Assembly: GCA_051532055.1 (NCBI GenBank)
Contig: JAOPTX010000058.1
Span: 1 to 58,017, forward strand
Length of the DNA stretch: 58,017 nt
Origin: Fibrobacterales bacterium
GTDB lineage: Bacteria; Fibrobacterota; Fibrobacteria; Fibrobacterales; JAOPTW01
Reading direction: 5' to 3'
Within the stretch, counting starts at the first letter, position 1. Every line of letters starts with the position of its first letter. Under the pieces are notes generated by a model. That model searched no databases and was not told the DNA's origin. It saw nothing but the letters and a program-made list of their open reading frames with translations. Shown piece after piece: positions 19,401 through 28,486 of the stretch. The translations under genes were made by a program, and so were the position numbers.

Positions 19401-22400
19401 ATTTTGCCACTATTTGGGAAATACGTGAAGGGGAAACCTACCCTGGTTTGAGAGATGTTGATGACATGCAATTTGGAATGCCTGATTCATTTAACACTTT
19501 ACCAGGAACTCAAGACTATAATGAATTTCTTACAAATGATGTAGATGTGGATTCGGATGACTCTGATATTACCGTTTTTAAACTAACAAATTTTTACCGA
19601 TATACTAACAATAGGGATTCAATCAGCATTGTTTATTTTCCTGGAGTTGTTGAGTCTCCAGATGATACAACCTGGGCAGGGCCCTCGACTTTTACCATAC
19701 CCAATGATACTATTCTTATTTCTTCTTATGAAGAATTAAAAAAAATTGGTAATGAACAAAATTACCCATTATTTGGGAACTATCGTCTTACCAATGATAT
19801 AAATGCCACTCTATCACAGACTGAAAATGGAGGAAAAGGATTTGCACCTATTGGTAAGAGTGAAAACTCTTTCTCTGGAACTTTTGATGGGGGAGGGCAT
19901 GTCATTTACAATCTTTTTATAAATCGCCCAACTGAAGATACAATTGGCCTTTTTGAAAAGCTTTCTGGTGGATTAATTCAAAATGTGGGTGTCAGTGGAG
20001 AAATAGTAGCTGGTAATTATACTGGGTTACTCGTAGGAATTCTTGATAGTGGATCGACTATAACTAATAGTTACACTACAGGTTCAATTAATGCAGAGAG
20101 TTATACTGGCGGATTAGTAGGGGCGTTTGAACATTGGTCTAATATTATTGATTGTTATAGTACCGCTGATGTGTCCGGGGAAACTCGAGTAGGGGGACTC
20201 GTGGGCGAACAAGATAATTCGAGAAATGGAAATGTATTTGGGTATCATAAACAAAGTTATAGTACTGGTTTTGTAGATGGGGTATGGGGTGTTGGAGGAC
20301 TGATCGGGAGTGTGAGTGATTATAATAAACCTACAGGTATCTATTGGGATATTAATACTTCTGGTCAAATAGATTCAGAGGGAGGAGAGGGAAGGACAAC
20401 GTACAGTATGCAGAATAGGAGTACGTATTCTGGCTGGTCATTTAATTCTATCTGGACACTACTTGATCAAAAAAGTTATCCCGGATTAATGATGGTTAAT
20501 AATGCTCCAATGGCATTTAGAGATAATTTAGAAATAGCAACTACCTCTGCGTTGAGCCAAGTCCTTTTAAATGACTATGATATAGAGCAGTTTCAGCAAG
20601 CACTTGTCGTAAAAGTTGATTCGATTTTTGGAATAGGTACTTCAGACTCAGTGACACAATTTTCTTTTCCAAGTGGTACAGCTGATGGGGTCGTTGACTC
20701 TATTAAATACCAAGTAGGAGAAGTGCTCGCTCAGGGTGATACATTGTGGGGTAACTTTGCAATTGCTGTATTTACACAAACATTAAACAATCTTGCTCCA
20801 ATCGCCGTACAAGATGGATTTATTCTCGCTGAAGATACTGAAGTGTTAATCGATATCACAACTTTGATTTTAAACGATATTGATGCACCAACTGAAACGT
20901 TGGTCTTTGATTCGATTATAAGTAAATCAGTGAGAACTGGGAGTGTAACCATTACGGGTGACGAAATGAAATATGTTCCTGATGTTAATTGGAATGGCCG
21001 TGATACTGTTGAGTATGTTATGAATGATGGGGTTTTTAAAGATACTGGATATGTGGTACTCAGTGTGACTCCTGTTAATGATGTTCCAGTTTTGACCGCT
21101 ATCAACCCTCAGGTTACCAATGAGGATATACCAATAACAATCGTAGATGCCATGGTTAGTGCCTCTGATGTAGATGGTGATACATGGACTTACCTTATAG
21201 AAGAGAAAACGGGGTACACCGTTTCAAATAATGTAATCGTACCGAACCTAAATTATACTGGAGAATTAACGATTCCCATAAGCATATATGATGGTCAAGC
21301 AGAGTCTGTTAAGAGGGATTTAATACTTACCGTAAACCCAGTGAATGATGTTCCTAAAATTATCTCAGTTACTCCACAAACTATTGCAGAAGATAGTGAA
21401 TTGCTCTTTATTGAAACAATGGTACAGGTAACTGACGTTGAAGGAGATGCTATCACTTTTTTAATAGGTACGGGTAGAAATTACACGGTACAGGATATGA
21501 ATATTGTACCAAACCGAGATTTCAATGGTACGTTACATATACCCGTGTATGCTACTGATGGCTTGGATACTACAGCAGAAAGTATATTAGAGCTTGTTGT
21601 TATTGCGACAAATGATAGCCCTTTATTCACTTCTATTGATGCTCAAGTGATTCAAGAAGATAAGAGCTTAATTTTTAAATCCTCAATGACAAACGGGTCT
21701 GATGTAGATAATGATCCTCTTACGTATATCATTGAGGGTGGGACTCATTATGTAGTCGATAATACGAACATAACCCCATCTGAAAATTTCAATGGCATAC
21801 TTACTATTCCGGTACGTGTCTCAGATGGTTCAGATACAACAGCACCGGTTAACTTAGTACTTACTGTAATACCGGTAAACGATGCCCCTACCTTATCAAG
21901 AGTATCCTCAGGAATAATTGAACAAAAAGAAAAGTTGATCCTTGACCTATCAATGACAGACGCGTCCGATATTGATAATGATAGATTGTCTTTTGTTGTC
22001 GAAAAAGGGTCTAATTATCTAGTGATTTCAGGTAATGGGATATTGCCATTGAGAAATTTTATGGGTGGTTTGTTGGTTCCTGTCAGGGTTACTGATGGAA
22101 TAGATACATCGGCAAGTGTTAACATGATTATTGAAGTAGTTCCGAAGGGTATGAATTCTTCTAATGAAAGTACTATTGTGAGTAGTGTTGAGCAACAGTA
22201 TTCATCAAGAGGAGCAAAACCACCTGAATCATTGTCATCAGAGTCAAACTTTATAGATACTACTAATAATAACCCTATAAGTTCAGTAGAACAGATAGGA
22301 GGAGTTGGTCAATCAAGTAGTAGTGAAGATGTATCTTCTGCACTCAATTCACCGATCAATACATCTGCTAGGGGCCACAATGGTGTTTCAAGCATGTTTG

Positions 22401-22570
22401 TTAGCAATATCGGAAGTTCTGGTATAATAATAGCCGGTCCTGAAGCTGCAACGAACTTTAGAATATATACTGTCCATGGTGAATTTATTGAATCTGGCGC
22501 TTTGCAGAATGGTATGGCCAATATATCAGAGTATGCACCTCAGGGCCTACTCGTTATACTGTTTAAATAA
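16481..22570 (+). CDS. Giant secreted protein: four GLUG-motif modules, tandem Ig/cadherin-like (tandem-95) repeats, Ser linker, T9SS-like CTD
   Basis: 4x YE[DE]LK..Y.L..DI.A..F.G.F.G.GH.I.GL..VGLFG modules with GGLVG motifs; repeated NEDI/VTPVNDVP units; IYTVHGE..QGLLVI tail. Confidence 0.85.
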   Translation: MLKFSLVLLLVFFVGGAFAVNGVPDGFGTLAEPYQIADYEDLKVVRNFPDAYYLLVADINASASRNEVNGFPYVGTFTGHFNGAGHSITGLYIKSSSSGNVGLFGTVSDGIIDSLAVHGEVTGFRNIGLIAGTMENNSELKNSYANGLVVGPNNAGGLIGYVHSNSKVSNSYASVRVESKYSDAAGLIGELASSSIVENCYSSGRVLKGGGLIAKRYTSTSVLNSYWNLDLAGQTKSVGGTGLRNQKMRESTSFSGWDFNTTWEINEGNTFPGLKGLNDAPYGIPDSFHSMPGPLDHAALLLNDVDLEGTAAEVLKFINQTELNTSGDSLYLYYIPGELLPSDDTLWGVESYVAVPNDTIEIATYEDLKKVGRHWNYPINARYKLVADIDATVSKTENGDLGFEPIGTIEEPFTGEMNGAGFVISGLYINRTTRYVGLFGNIENATIQNLGVIGNVSGEAYVGMLVGQVGESSLIIRTFSGGIVSRGNVLGGLVGENLGRIQKSYSTATVQGGNGIGGLVGYNDNSIWRCYSSGLVLGDGRVGGLTSYTSRDGRVSSSYWNVEVSGQNTSDGGTGLTSSEMLDSNSYYWDFENTWEIIQGQSYPGIQIVDDAPFGISDSHDSIPQDYNFDQFLSNDIDVETGAASATVSTFAEYARINSTRDSVYLYYFMGVTTINTDTIISGISYVAVPNDTIGINNYDELKLIGNHNDYPLYGSYKLLNTIDASLSREENGGAGFMPIGDATEPFTGVLDGAGHEIYGLYVHRPDSSNVGLFGVIQSGKIENLGVKGTFTGRSSVATIAGKISDASVISKSYGIGIIKGRSHIGGLVGYSSMGSIITRSYSSGQVLGYENVGGLLGEVSTGSEIYNSYSTAGVAGESSTGGFVGETPSDPESYTIINCYSAGIPLDNNYNIGLGISRSGVIYNGRVISRADESPTIVGNYWNVNTLGIRILYYGSPLTSEAMKRSSSFDGWDFATIWEIREGETYPGLRDVDDMQFGMPDSFNTLPGTQDYNEFLTNDVDVDSDDSDITVFKLTNFYRYTNNRDSISIVYFPGVVESPDDTTWAGPSTFTIPNDTILISSYEELKKIGNEQNYPLFGNYRLTNDINATLSQTENGGKGFAPIGKSENSFSGTFDGGGHVIYNLFINRPTEDTIGLFEKLSGGLIQNVGVSGEIVAGNYTGLLVGILDSGSTITNSYTTGSINAESYTGGLVGAFEHWSNIIDCYSTADVSGETRVGGLVGEQDNSRNGNVFGYHKQSYSTGFVDGVWGVGGLIGSVSDYNKPTGIYWDINTSGQIDSEGGEGRTTYSMQNRSTYSGWSFNSIWTLLDQKSYPGLMMVNNAPMAFRDNLEIATTSALSQVLLNDYDIEQFQQALVVKVDSIFGIGTSDSVTQFSFPSGTADGVVDSIKYQVGEVLAQGDTLWGNFAIAVFTQTLNNLAPIAVQDGFILAEDTEVLIDITTLILNDIDAPTETLVFDSIISKSVRTGSVTITGDEMKYVPDVNWNGRDTVEYVMNDGVFKDTGYVVLSVTPVNDVPVLTAINPQVTNEDIPITIVDAMVSASDVDGDTWTYLIEEKTGYTVSNNVIVPNLNYTGELTIPISIYDGQAESVKRDLILTVNPVNDVPKIISVTPQTIAEDSELLFIETMVQVTDVEGDAITFLIGTGRNYTVQDMNIVPNRDFNGTLHIPVYATDGLDTTAESILELVVIATNDSPLFTSIDAQVIQEDKSLIFKSSMTNGSDVDNDPLTYIIEGGTHYVVDNTNITPSENFNGILTIPVRVSDGSDTTAPVNLVLTVIPVNDAPTLSRVSSGIIEQKEKLILDLSMTDASDIDNDRLSFVVEKGSNYLVISGNGILPLRNFMGGLLVPVRVTDGIDTSASVNMIIEVVPKGMNSSNESTIVSSVEQQYSSRGAKPPESLSSESNFIDTTNNNPISSVEQIGGVGQSSSSEDVSSALNSPINTSARGHNGVSSMFVSNIGSSGIIIAGPEAATNFRIYTVHGEFIESGALQNGMANISEYAPQGLLVILFK

Positions 22571-22640
22571 AAGTTGTTAATAGAGTAGATCTGATTACGG
22601 ATTCTCAAAACCTAAAGGTTATGAAAATTATCACGGTTAG

Positions 22641-22684
22641 AAAAGTCGACTTCAACAATAAGTATTGAAAGTCGACTTTTTTTT
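22641..22684. terminator. Bidirectional intrinsic terminator
   Basis: AAAAGTCGACTTCAA/TTGAAAGTCGACTTTT stem plus T tract between convergent genes. Confidence 0.8.
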
Positions 22685-22705
22685 GGGGGGGGCTGTAGCA
22701 ATATT

Positions 22706-24373
22706 TTAATTAATGTCTTTTGACTCTGGAACAGTTGGGATGGTAAAGAAAAAACAAGAGCCTTGTCCTGGGGTGGATGTTACCCATATTTCGCCATTAA
22801 GCAAAGTAAGTAAGCCCTTTGCTATAGTGAGGCCAAGACCCGCCCCGCTTTTTGTTGCGATGTTTTCTATATCACCTTTTCTAAAACGGTCAAAGATATG
22901 TTTTTGTTGATCAATTGGTATGCCAAGTCCGGTGTCTTTAACATGAAAAAATAAGTCTGAACCATGTTGAGTGCATCCAAAATCCACAGAGCCCGATTCT
23001 GTAAATTTAAAAGCATTGTCAATGAGAATTGTCAAAATTTGTTTGAGCCGCTGTTTGTCAGTATTTATAATTTCATTGCCCTGGGGTAACTCACATTGTC
23101 GATAGAGAGCTACTACCTCGGAACTGATTTGGCTCAGTTGATTTTGATATACAGATTCTATGATTTCATTAACGTTAACGGAATCATAATACAGCGTTAT
23201 TTTATTTGATTCAAGTATCGAAAGATCCAAAATGTTAGAAATGAGCCGTAATAAATGCTTTCCTCTCTTTTCTATACGTGTTAAATATGCTTTCCTCTTA
23301 ATTTCGCTCAGATCAGGGGATTTGAGCAAATTTGAAAACCCTATGATAGCATTAAGTGGTGTTCTTATTTCATGACTCATATTGGCCAAAAAGGATGTTT
23401 TTAATTTTTCACTTTCTTCAGCTTTTTCTTTAGATTTTTCCATAAGAGATAATGAATGCTTCCTCTGGTAATCAAAAATCAGCATGATGTAGACGGTAAC
23501 GGCAAGGGTAGCGATAAAAAGCTGTAATTCAATAAGTACTGTCATGATTTCAGGTGAAGAAAATGGGCCATATTCGGTAATAGAAGATGCAATAGCAAGT
23601 GCCGCAACGAGGGGGATTGCACAGTAGCTTACTCGGGAGTCCAGCTTGAAAACTGACCAGGCCAATAATGGACATAAAATAAAAAGAGGTAAATTAAACT
23701 CTAATAACAAATTATAAAAGTCTAGTATCACTATTGTGATGATGAAAAGTGACACAAAGAAAATGATTGATTTAAAAGGGGCTATGAAATTATCATTTCT
23801 TTTAAACCAAAGATGAAGGAGAGGGGGAGTCAATAGAAGTACACCAACCGAATCGCCAACCCACCAAGTGACAAATGAAAATAGGTAGCTATCCCAAGGA
23901 ACTAAACCAGTAATCCCCAACGAAGTAATACCAAATAATGCACTGATAAAAGGCCCAATTATTACAGCATACAGTAAGAAGTGAGATAGTTGATTAAAAT
24001 CGTTGAATAATGAATGATTTGTTAATGCTTTTTTGCATCCTAAATACCCAATGTATGCACAGAGCATGTCACCCAGACCATTAGAAATACCACAAAATAT
24101 TGTTGAAATTACGGAAAAGAGTGTTGTTGTATCAAAATAAGATGTCGCATTACCCAGTAATGCTCCTAAAAATACGCCAGGAAGGAGTGTTCCTCTTTTA
24201 ATGCAAATAGCAGCAAGTATTATTCCCGACGGAAGCCATATTGCAGTAATGTTACCTGGTGGAATAGAAAAAAGTTGACCTAATTTAGCCGTACCAAAAT
24301 AGAGGCCTGCAAGGAGCACGTTTTGAAAAATGTGAATATAGAGTGGTATGGCCTGATTTGACTTTTCTGGCAT
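22706..24373 (-). CDS. MASE1-domain sensor histidine kinase
   Basis: IWLPSGI and WWVGDSVG MASE1 motifs; FLANMSHEIRTPL H-box; NAFKFT, DTGLGI, GAGLGL boxes. Confidence 0.92.
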   Translation of the reverse strand: MPEKSNQAIPLYIHIFQNVLLAGLYFGTAKLGQLFSIPPGNITAIWLPSGIILAAICIKRGTLLPGVFLGALLGNATSYFDTTTLFSVISTIFCGISNGLGDMLCAYIGYLGCKKALTNHSLFNDFNQLSHFLLYAVIIGPFISALFGITSLGITGLVPWDSYLFSFVTWWVGDSVGVLLLTPPLLHLWFKRNDNFIAPFKSIIFFVSLFIITIVILDFYNLLLEFNLPLFILCPLLAWSVFKLDSRVSYCAIPLVAALAIASSITEYGPFSSPEIMTVLIELQLFIATLAVTVYIMLIFDYQRKHSLSLMEKSKEKAEESEKLKTSFLANMSHEIRTPLNAIIGFSNLLKSPDLSEIKRKAYLTRIEKRGKHLLRLISNILDLSILESNKITLYYDSVNVNEIIESVYQNQLSQISSEVVALYRQCELPQGNEIINTDKQRLKQILTILIDNAFKFTESGSVDFGCTQHGSDLFFHVKDTGLGIPIDQQKHIFDRFRKGDIENIATKSGAGLGLTIAKGLLTLLNGEIWVTSTPGQGSCFFFTIPTVPESKDIN

Positions 24374-24563
24374 AGCAAACGTAAGTAAAACCTTAAATAC
24401 ACTGTATTATATATCCATCAGTAAAGCAATGATAATATGATTCATTCCTGGATGCTCTTCAGGGTGATAGGTTACAAAGAGGAAGTCATTATAATGTGGT
24501 AGCCTTTACGAGATTAGTAGGGGCAGTATATACAGTGCATTCCGGTTTCCTCTCTGCAACCTT

Positions 24564-24608
24564 AAAAGCTACCGTAGTAGGACCAGGGGTCCCTACGGTA
24601 GCTTTTTT
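24564..24608. terminator. Intrinsic terminator downstream of the spondin gene
   Basis: 14-bp stem AAAAGCTACCGTAG/CTACGGTAGCTTTT plus inner GGACC/GGTCC. Confidence 0.8.
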
Positions 24609-24627
24609 ATAATCATTTTTTATTGTT

Positions 24628-26592
24628 TTAAGGAACGGGAGTGACGATAACCATGATCGCTTCATTGGTGACGGGGTACATAAATCCATCTGATACCGCC
24701 ATTACCATGCCATCCTCAATTGAACCAGTATTTGCTGCTCCTTGTCGCGGTGCCTGATTAGAACCAGTGCCAGGCATTTCATTGACCTCAGTACCTGCAT
24801 CCCAGAGCATTATAGAATTCGTTACATCGCCATTGATAGGCATGCCCTCGGTATCCCAGAGTGGAAGTCCATTTTCAGGTGTTCCAAAAAACAGATCATT
24901 ACTGTGTACAAACATTGTTGCTAAGTAGAGCATGTCGCCTTTTTTTGCATCGACTGTAAGCGTATACATGCCACCAGTAGGAAGAGGCGCGTCACCGAAA
25001 GTCGTTGTAGCAATACCCTTATCCATAAGGTTTGTGTGTAATGGTGCTGGATTACCATCTTCTGCAAGTGCCTCAAGACCCAAGCCCATGTCTTTCATTG
25101 TATTCGAAAATAATATCATGTTCATTGCAGATACCGCCGCAACACCGGGTGCAAAAACTGTTGGCGCAATAGCGTTCATTTTCAAATAATCAGCTAAAGG
25201 GGCTGCGTTACCATCTTCAGCTAATGCTTCAAGACCGTTCCCCATATCCATTGTCAAATTACTATATAATGGTGTCCCCGAAGTATGAAGTGCCCAAACT
25301 GCTGGTGCAAGTGGTGTATTTGAGGTTGCTTTAACAGTGATAGTAAACTCAAACGTTCCTGCTGTTGTACTGGTAACCGACACCATTATATTCGCATCTG
25401 GTTTTGTATGATCCATTGTTGTTAGGACTGTTGCCAAAGCAGTTGGTGAGCCATCTTCAGCCAGAGCTTCAAGGCCCATATTGAAATCCATAACACCAGA
25501 ATTGAATAGAGGGGCAGGGGCTTGGTGAATTACATAGACACCAGGAGCAAGGGGAGTTGTTGATTCTGCTTTTACTTGTATTGTTACCGTAAACATATTG
25601 TCAGCCATTGCTTCGAGTGTGACATCGATATTGTGTTCTACAGGTGTTGAGTGCCCTTCAACCATACGTACCAGTGTATTCAAATCTGGTTCGCCCATAT
25701 TTGGCCCTGATTGTCGTGGTGCTTGGTACGAGCCAGTGGCAATCTCTTGGTCCATTTCAGTTCCTGCATCCCAGAGCATAATCTTGTCGGTAATATTTCC
25801 ACTGATAGCCATACCGTCCATGCCATATAATGCAATCCCTTCTGGCTTGGTACCATAAAACCAATCGTTTGATTGTACAAACATGGTCGCCAATGATAGT
25901 TTTTGTCCTTTCATCGCTTTAAAAGAAAAGGAGTAAGAGCCTCCAGGGCCTGCAGGTGCATCGCCAAATGATGCCGCTGTTACTGGCGCCACTGGTCGGA
26001 CCATTGCGACTGGGTCAATCATGCCACTATTAGGGCCTGTTTGCCGAGGTGCCTGATAGTGCCCCGCTCCAATAGGTTCATCCATTTCGGTCCCTGCATC
26101 CCAAAGCATAATTTTGTCAGTAATATCACCTGAAAGAGCAGTACCATCTTCATTATAGAGTGCGAGGCCTTCTGGAGCAAAACCATAAAACCAATCATTT
26201 GATTGGACAAACATTGTTGCTAAAGAAATTTTAGAATCCATTTGAGCATTAGAGACAGTAAACGACCATTCACTGTCTGGTGCAAGAGGAGCGTCTCCCA
26301 CCATACCGTACCCTTGTAATGGAGAGGGTGTTGAAATATTTTTAATGGTAATATCAAATGTTTGAGTTGTCATTGCGACAGATGACATTGACGCTCCAGC
26401 CATATCGTCACTGCTCATTCCAGTCATTGCGCTTGAACTCATGTGAGCCACATCATTCGAGCTCATGAGTTTACTCGAACTGCTCATGGTTGATGTGGGT
26501 GGAGGGGTGTCTGAATCAGATTTTTTAAAAATATCACAGCCGGTGAATAGTAGACCGCTGCATGCGAGAGTGATGAGTAGGTTTTTGTTCAT
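24628..26592 (-). CDS. Met-rich spondin_N-domain lipoprotein with three domain equivalents
   Basis: Lipobox LFTGC; 3x LATMFV[QH]SND, 3x MLWDAGTE, 3x GLEALAEDG. Confidence 0.88.
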   Translation of the reverse strand: MNKNLLITLACSGLLFTGCDIFKKSDSDTPPPTSTMSSSSKLMSSNDVAHMSSSAMTGMSSDDMAGASMSSVAMTTQTFDITIKNISTPSPLQGYGMVGDAPLAPDSEWSFTVSNAQMDSKISLATMFVQSNDWFYGFAPEGLALYNEDGTALSGDITDKIMLWDAGTEMDEPIGAGHYQAPRQTGPNSGMIDPVAMVRPVAPVTAASFGDAPAGPGGSYSFSFKAMKGQKLSLATMFVQSNDWFYGTKPEGIALYGMDGMAISGNITDKIMLWDAGTEMDQEIATGSYQAPRQSGPNMGEPDLNTLVRMVEGHSTPVEHNIDVTLEAMADNMFTVTIQVKAESTTPLAPGVYVIHQAPAPLFNSGVMDFNMGLEALAEDGSPTALATVLTTMDHTKPDANIMVSVTSTTAGTFEFTITVKATSNTPLAPAVWALHTSGTPLYSNLTMDMGNGLEALAEDGNAAPLADYLKMNAIAPTVFAPGVAAVSAMNMILFSNTMKDMGLGLEALAEDGNPAPLHTNLMDKGIATTTFGDAPLPTGGMYTLTVDAKKGDMLYLATMFVHSNDLFFGTPENGLPLWDTEGMPINGDVTNSIMLWDAGTEVNEMPGTGSNQAPRQGAANTGSIEDGMVMAVSDGFMYPVTNEAIMVIVTPVP

Positions 26593-26808
26593 TGTATCCT
26601 CTTTATGTATCCTGTAGATTAGTTATGTTTATAATATATCAGCAAATAATGGTAAAAACAAGGCAAAGCGTATCCTTATTTGTGAAATTGTGGGATACAT
26701 ACAACTTTGTAACAAGAAATGGGGTGATTAATGACTCATTGGAAGCCAATGAGCAATAATAATGGACATGTTTGTAAAAAGCGTCCAATAACATATTTGT
26801 TGGAATAC

Positions 26809-26850
26809 GGATAATGCTTTATTTGTAATATATAAGCTATATTGTTAATG
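26809..26850 (+). promoter_or_regulatory. Conserved upstream motif of TIGR02147 operon 2
   Basis: Aligns with 8800-8842 and lies at a similar distance from the start codon (23 vs 27 nt). Confidence 0.55.
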
Positions 26851-26873
26851 GGTATTACTATAGGAAGGATACA

Positions 26874-27713
26874 GTGAGGTTAGAAAATCTTTATAAGTAT
26901 ATAGATTACCGGGAATACATAAAAGAGTATTACCGAGTAAACAAAGAGTCTCGGTTTGGCTTTTCTTATAGGGCATTTTCAAAGAAAGCAGGTTTCTCAT
27001 CACCCAGTTTTATTCGACTTGTTATTGAAGGTGAAAAAAACTTAACTAAAAATAGTGTACTGAAACTATCCCACGCAATGGAACTCAACACAGAGGAATG
27101 CGAATTTTTTGAAGACCTCGTATTCTTTGGTCAGGCCAAAATATTTGATGAAAAGCAACACTATTTAACGCGGATTGATTTACGACGTGACAAAAATGAC
27201 CCCTCGGTTCTAAAGCCAGCACAGTTTGATTATCTAAAAGATTGGTATAATCCATTACTTCTCGAAATGGTAAGTGTGAATGGATTTGAAGAGGATCCAG
27301 TAAAAATTGCATCAATGATTCCTTTTGAGGTTACCCCAAAACAAGTGAAGGCAGCTCTCGAGTTTTTGATACAAAATGGCTTTTTAGAGCGAGATGGTCG
27401 TGGGAAATTAGTCAAAGTAGATAAAACATTGGCCACTGGGCCACTTGATGAACAAGAAGTATTACAGATTTTAGCGCGGTCATTTCATAAAAAAATGACT
27501 GAATTAGCAGTTGAAGCAGTTACTCGTTTTTCTAAAGAGCAAAGAAACACAACGAATACCACCCTCAGCTTTTCCCGAAAAAGTTATCAGCTCGCCACCG
27601 AGAGAATTAAAGCAATGCGTTATGAACTATTAGAACTCGCAGCATCGGACGATGAAACCGATACAGTATACCAATTGAACGTTAATCTGTTTCCGCTGAT
27701 GGAGAAAAAATAG
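26874..27713 (+). CDS. TIGR02147 family protein
   Basis: LYKYIDYREYI, FSYRAFSKKAGFSSPSFIRLVIEGEKNL, FFEDLVFF, WYNP, RNTTNTTLS, VYQLNVNLFP. Confidence 0.92.
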   Translation: MRLENLYKYIDYREYIKEYYRVNKESRFGFSYRAFSKKAGFSSPSFIRLVIEGEKNLTKNSVLKLSHAMELNTEECEFFEDLVFFGQAKIFDEKQHYLTRIDLRRDKNDPSVLKPAQFDYLKDWYNPLLLEMVSVNGFEEDPVKIASMIPFEVTPKQVKAALEFLIQNGFLERDGRGKLVKVDKTLATGPLDEQEVLQILARSFHKKMTELAVEAVTRFSKEQRNTTNTTLSFSRKSYQLATERIKAMRYELLELAASDDETDTVYQLNVNLFPLMEKK

Positions 27714-27715
27714 CC

Positions 27716-28336
27716 ATGAGAAGTATTCAATTGTTGTTGGTGAGTGTCTTATTCCTTATGAGTTGTTCTAATACCACCGTTGCTGGCGGTGGTACCGATG
27801 TCGACAATGCTATAGTGTTAGGCAAAGTAATGGCGGACAGCCTTGGCGTTGGTCAGGCCCAAGTGTATATTATGACGGATGATTATAATCCAATGACAGG
27901 CAACCAAGCTATTCCTGCTCGAGTTACAGAAACTGATGCTCAGGGTAATTTTGAAATTGAAAACCTACTACCGGGCACCTATTCTGTGGAAGCCCATCAT
28001 CCCGATGGAAGTCAAATGGATTGGTCACATAGTTTTGAATTAGAAACTGATGACTCTCTCAACATAACGATGGAAGTAAAAAAGAAACACTGGATTATGC
28101 TACCTATTCCAGATTCATTAAAAATGGTTGATTTCTATCTGTATGTAGCAGGGAGCAATATGTTAGTTGAGCATAACGCTGCAACATATACGAAAGACCA
28201 TATGGTTCTAGAGAATATCCCTGAAAAAGAAATACCCTTTATTTTACAAGGGTTGTTATTCGATGCATCAGTTGTTCCTGTCGTTTTTCATGGCACGATT
28301 CCTCGCTTCGATCAGGATACTCTTGACTTGAGGTAG
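27716..28336 (+). CDS. Lipoprotein with carboxypeptidase-regulatory-like (Ig) domain
   Basis: Lipobox LMSC; TETDAQGNFEIENLLPGTYSVEA; starts 2 nt after the TIGR02147 stop. Confidence 0.75.
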   Translation: MRSIQLLLVSVLFLMSCSNTTVAGGGTDVDNAIVLGKVMADSLGVGQAQVYIMTDDYNPMTGNQAIPARVTETDAQGNFEIENLLPGTYSVEAHHPDGSQMDWSHSFELETDDSLNITMEVKKKHWIMLPIPDSLKMVDFYLYVAGSNMLVEHNAATYTKDHMVLENIPEKEIPFILQGLLFDASVVPVVFHGTIPRFDQDTLDLR

Positions 28337-28398
28337 ACTCTTCTAATACTTTGACAGGGTCTCGATTGGGTGTTCAAGATAGAATTGAATCCAATTCC

Positions 28399-28430
28399 AT
28401 AATACCCATTCACTTTGAAGTGGGTATTAT
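28399..28430 (+). terminator. Probable terminator hairpin
   Basis: ATAATACCCA..TGGGTATTAT stem after the lipoprotein gene. Confidence 0.5.
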
Positions 28431-28486
28431 TACTGGTGTAAATATTTCATATATGACAAAATTTCAGGGAAAAGTATATTTGCAGC

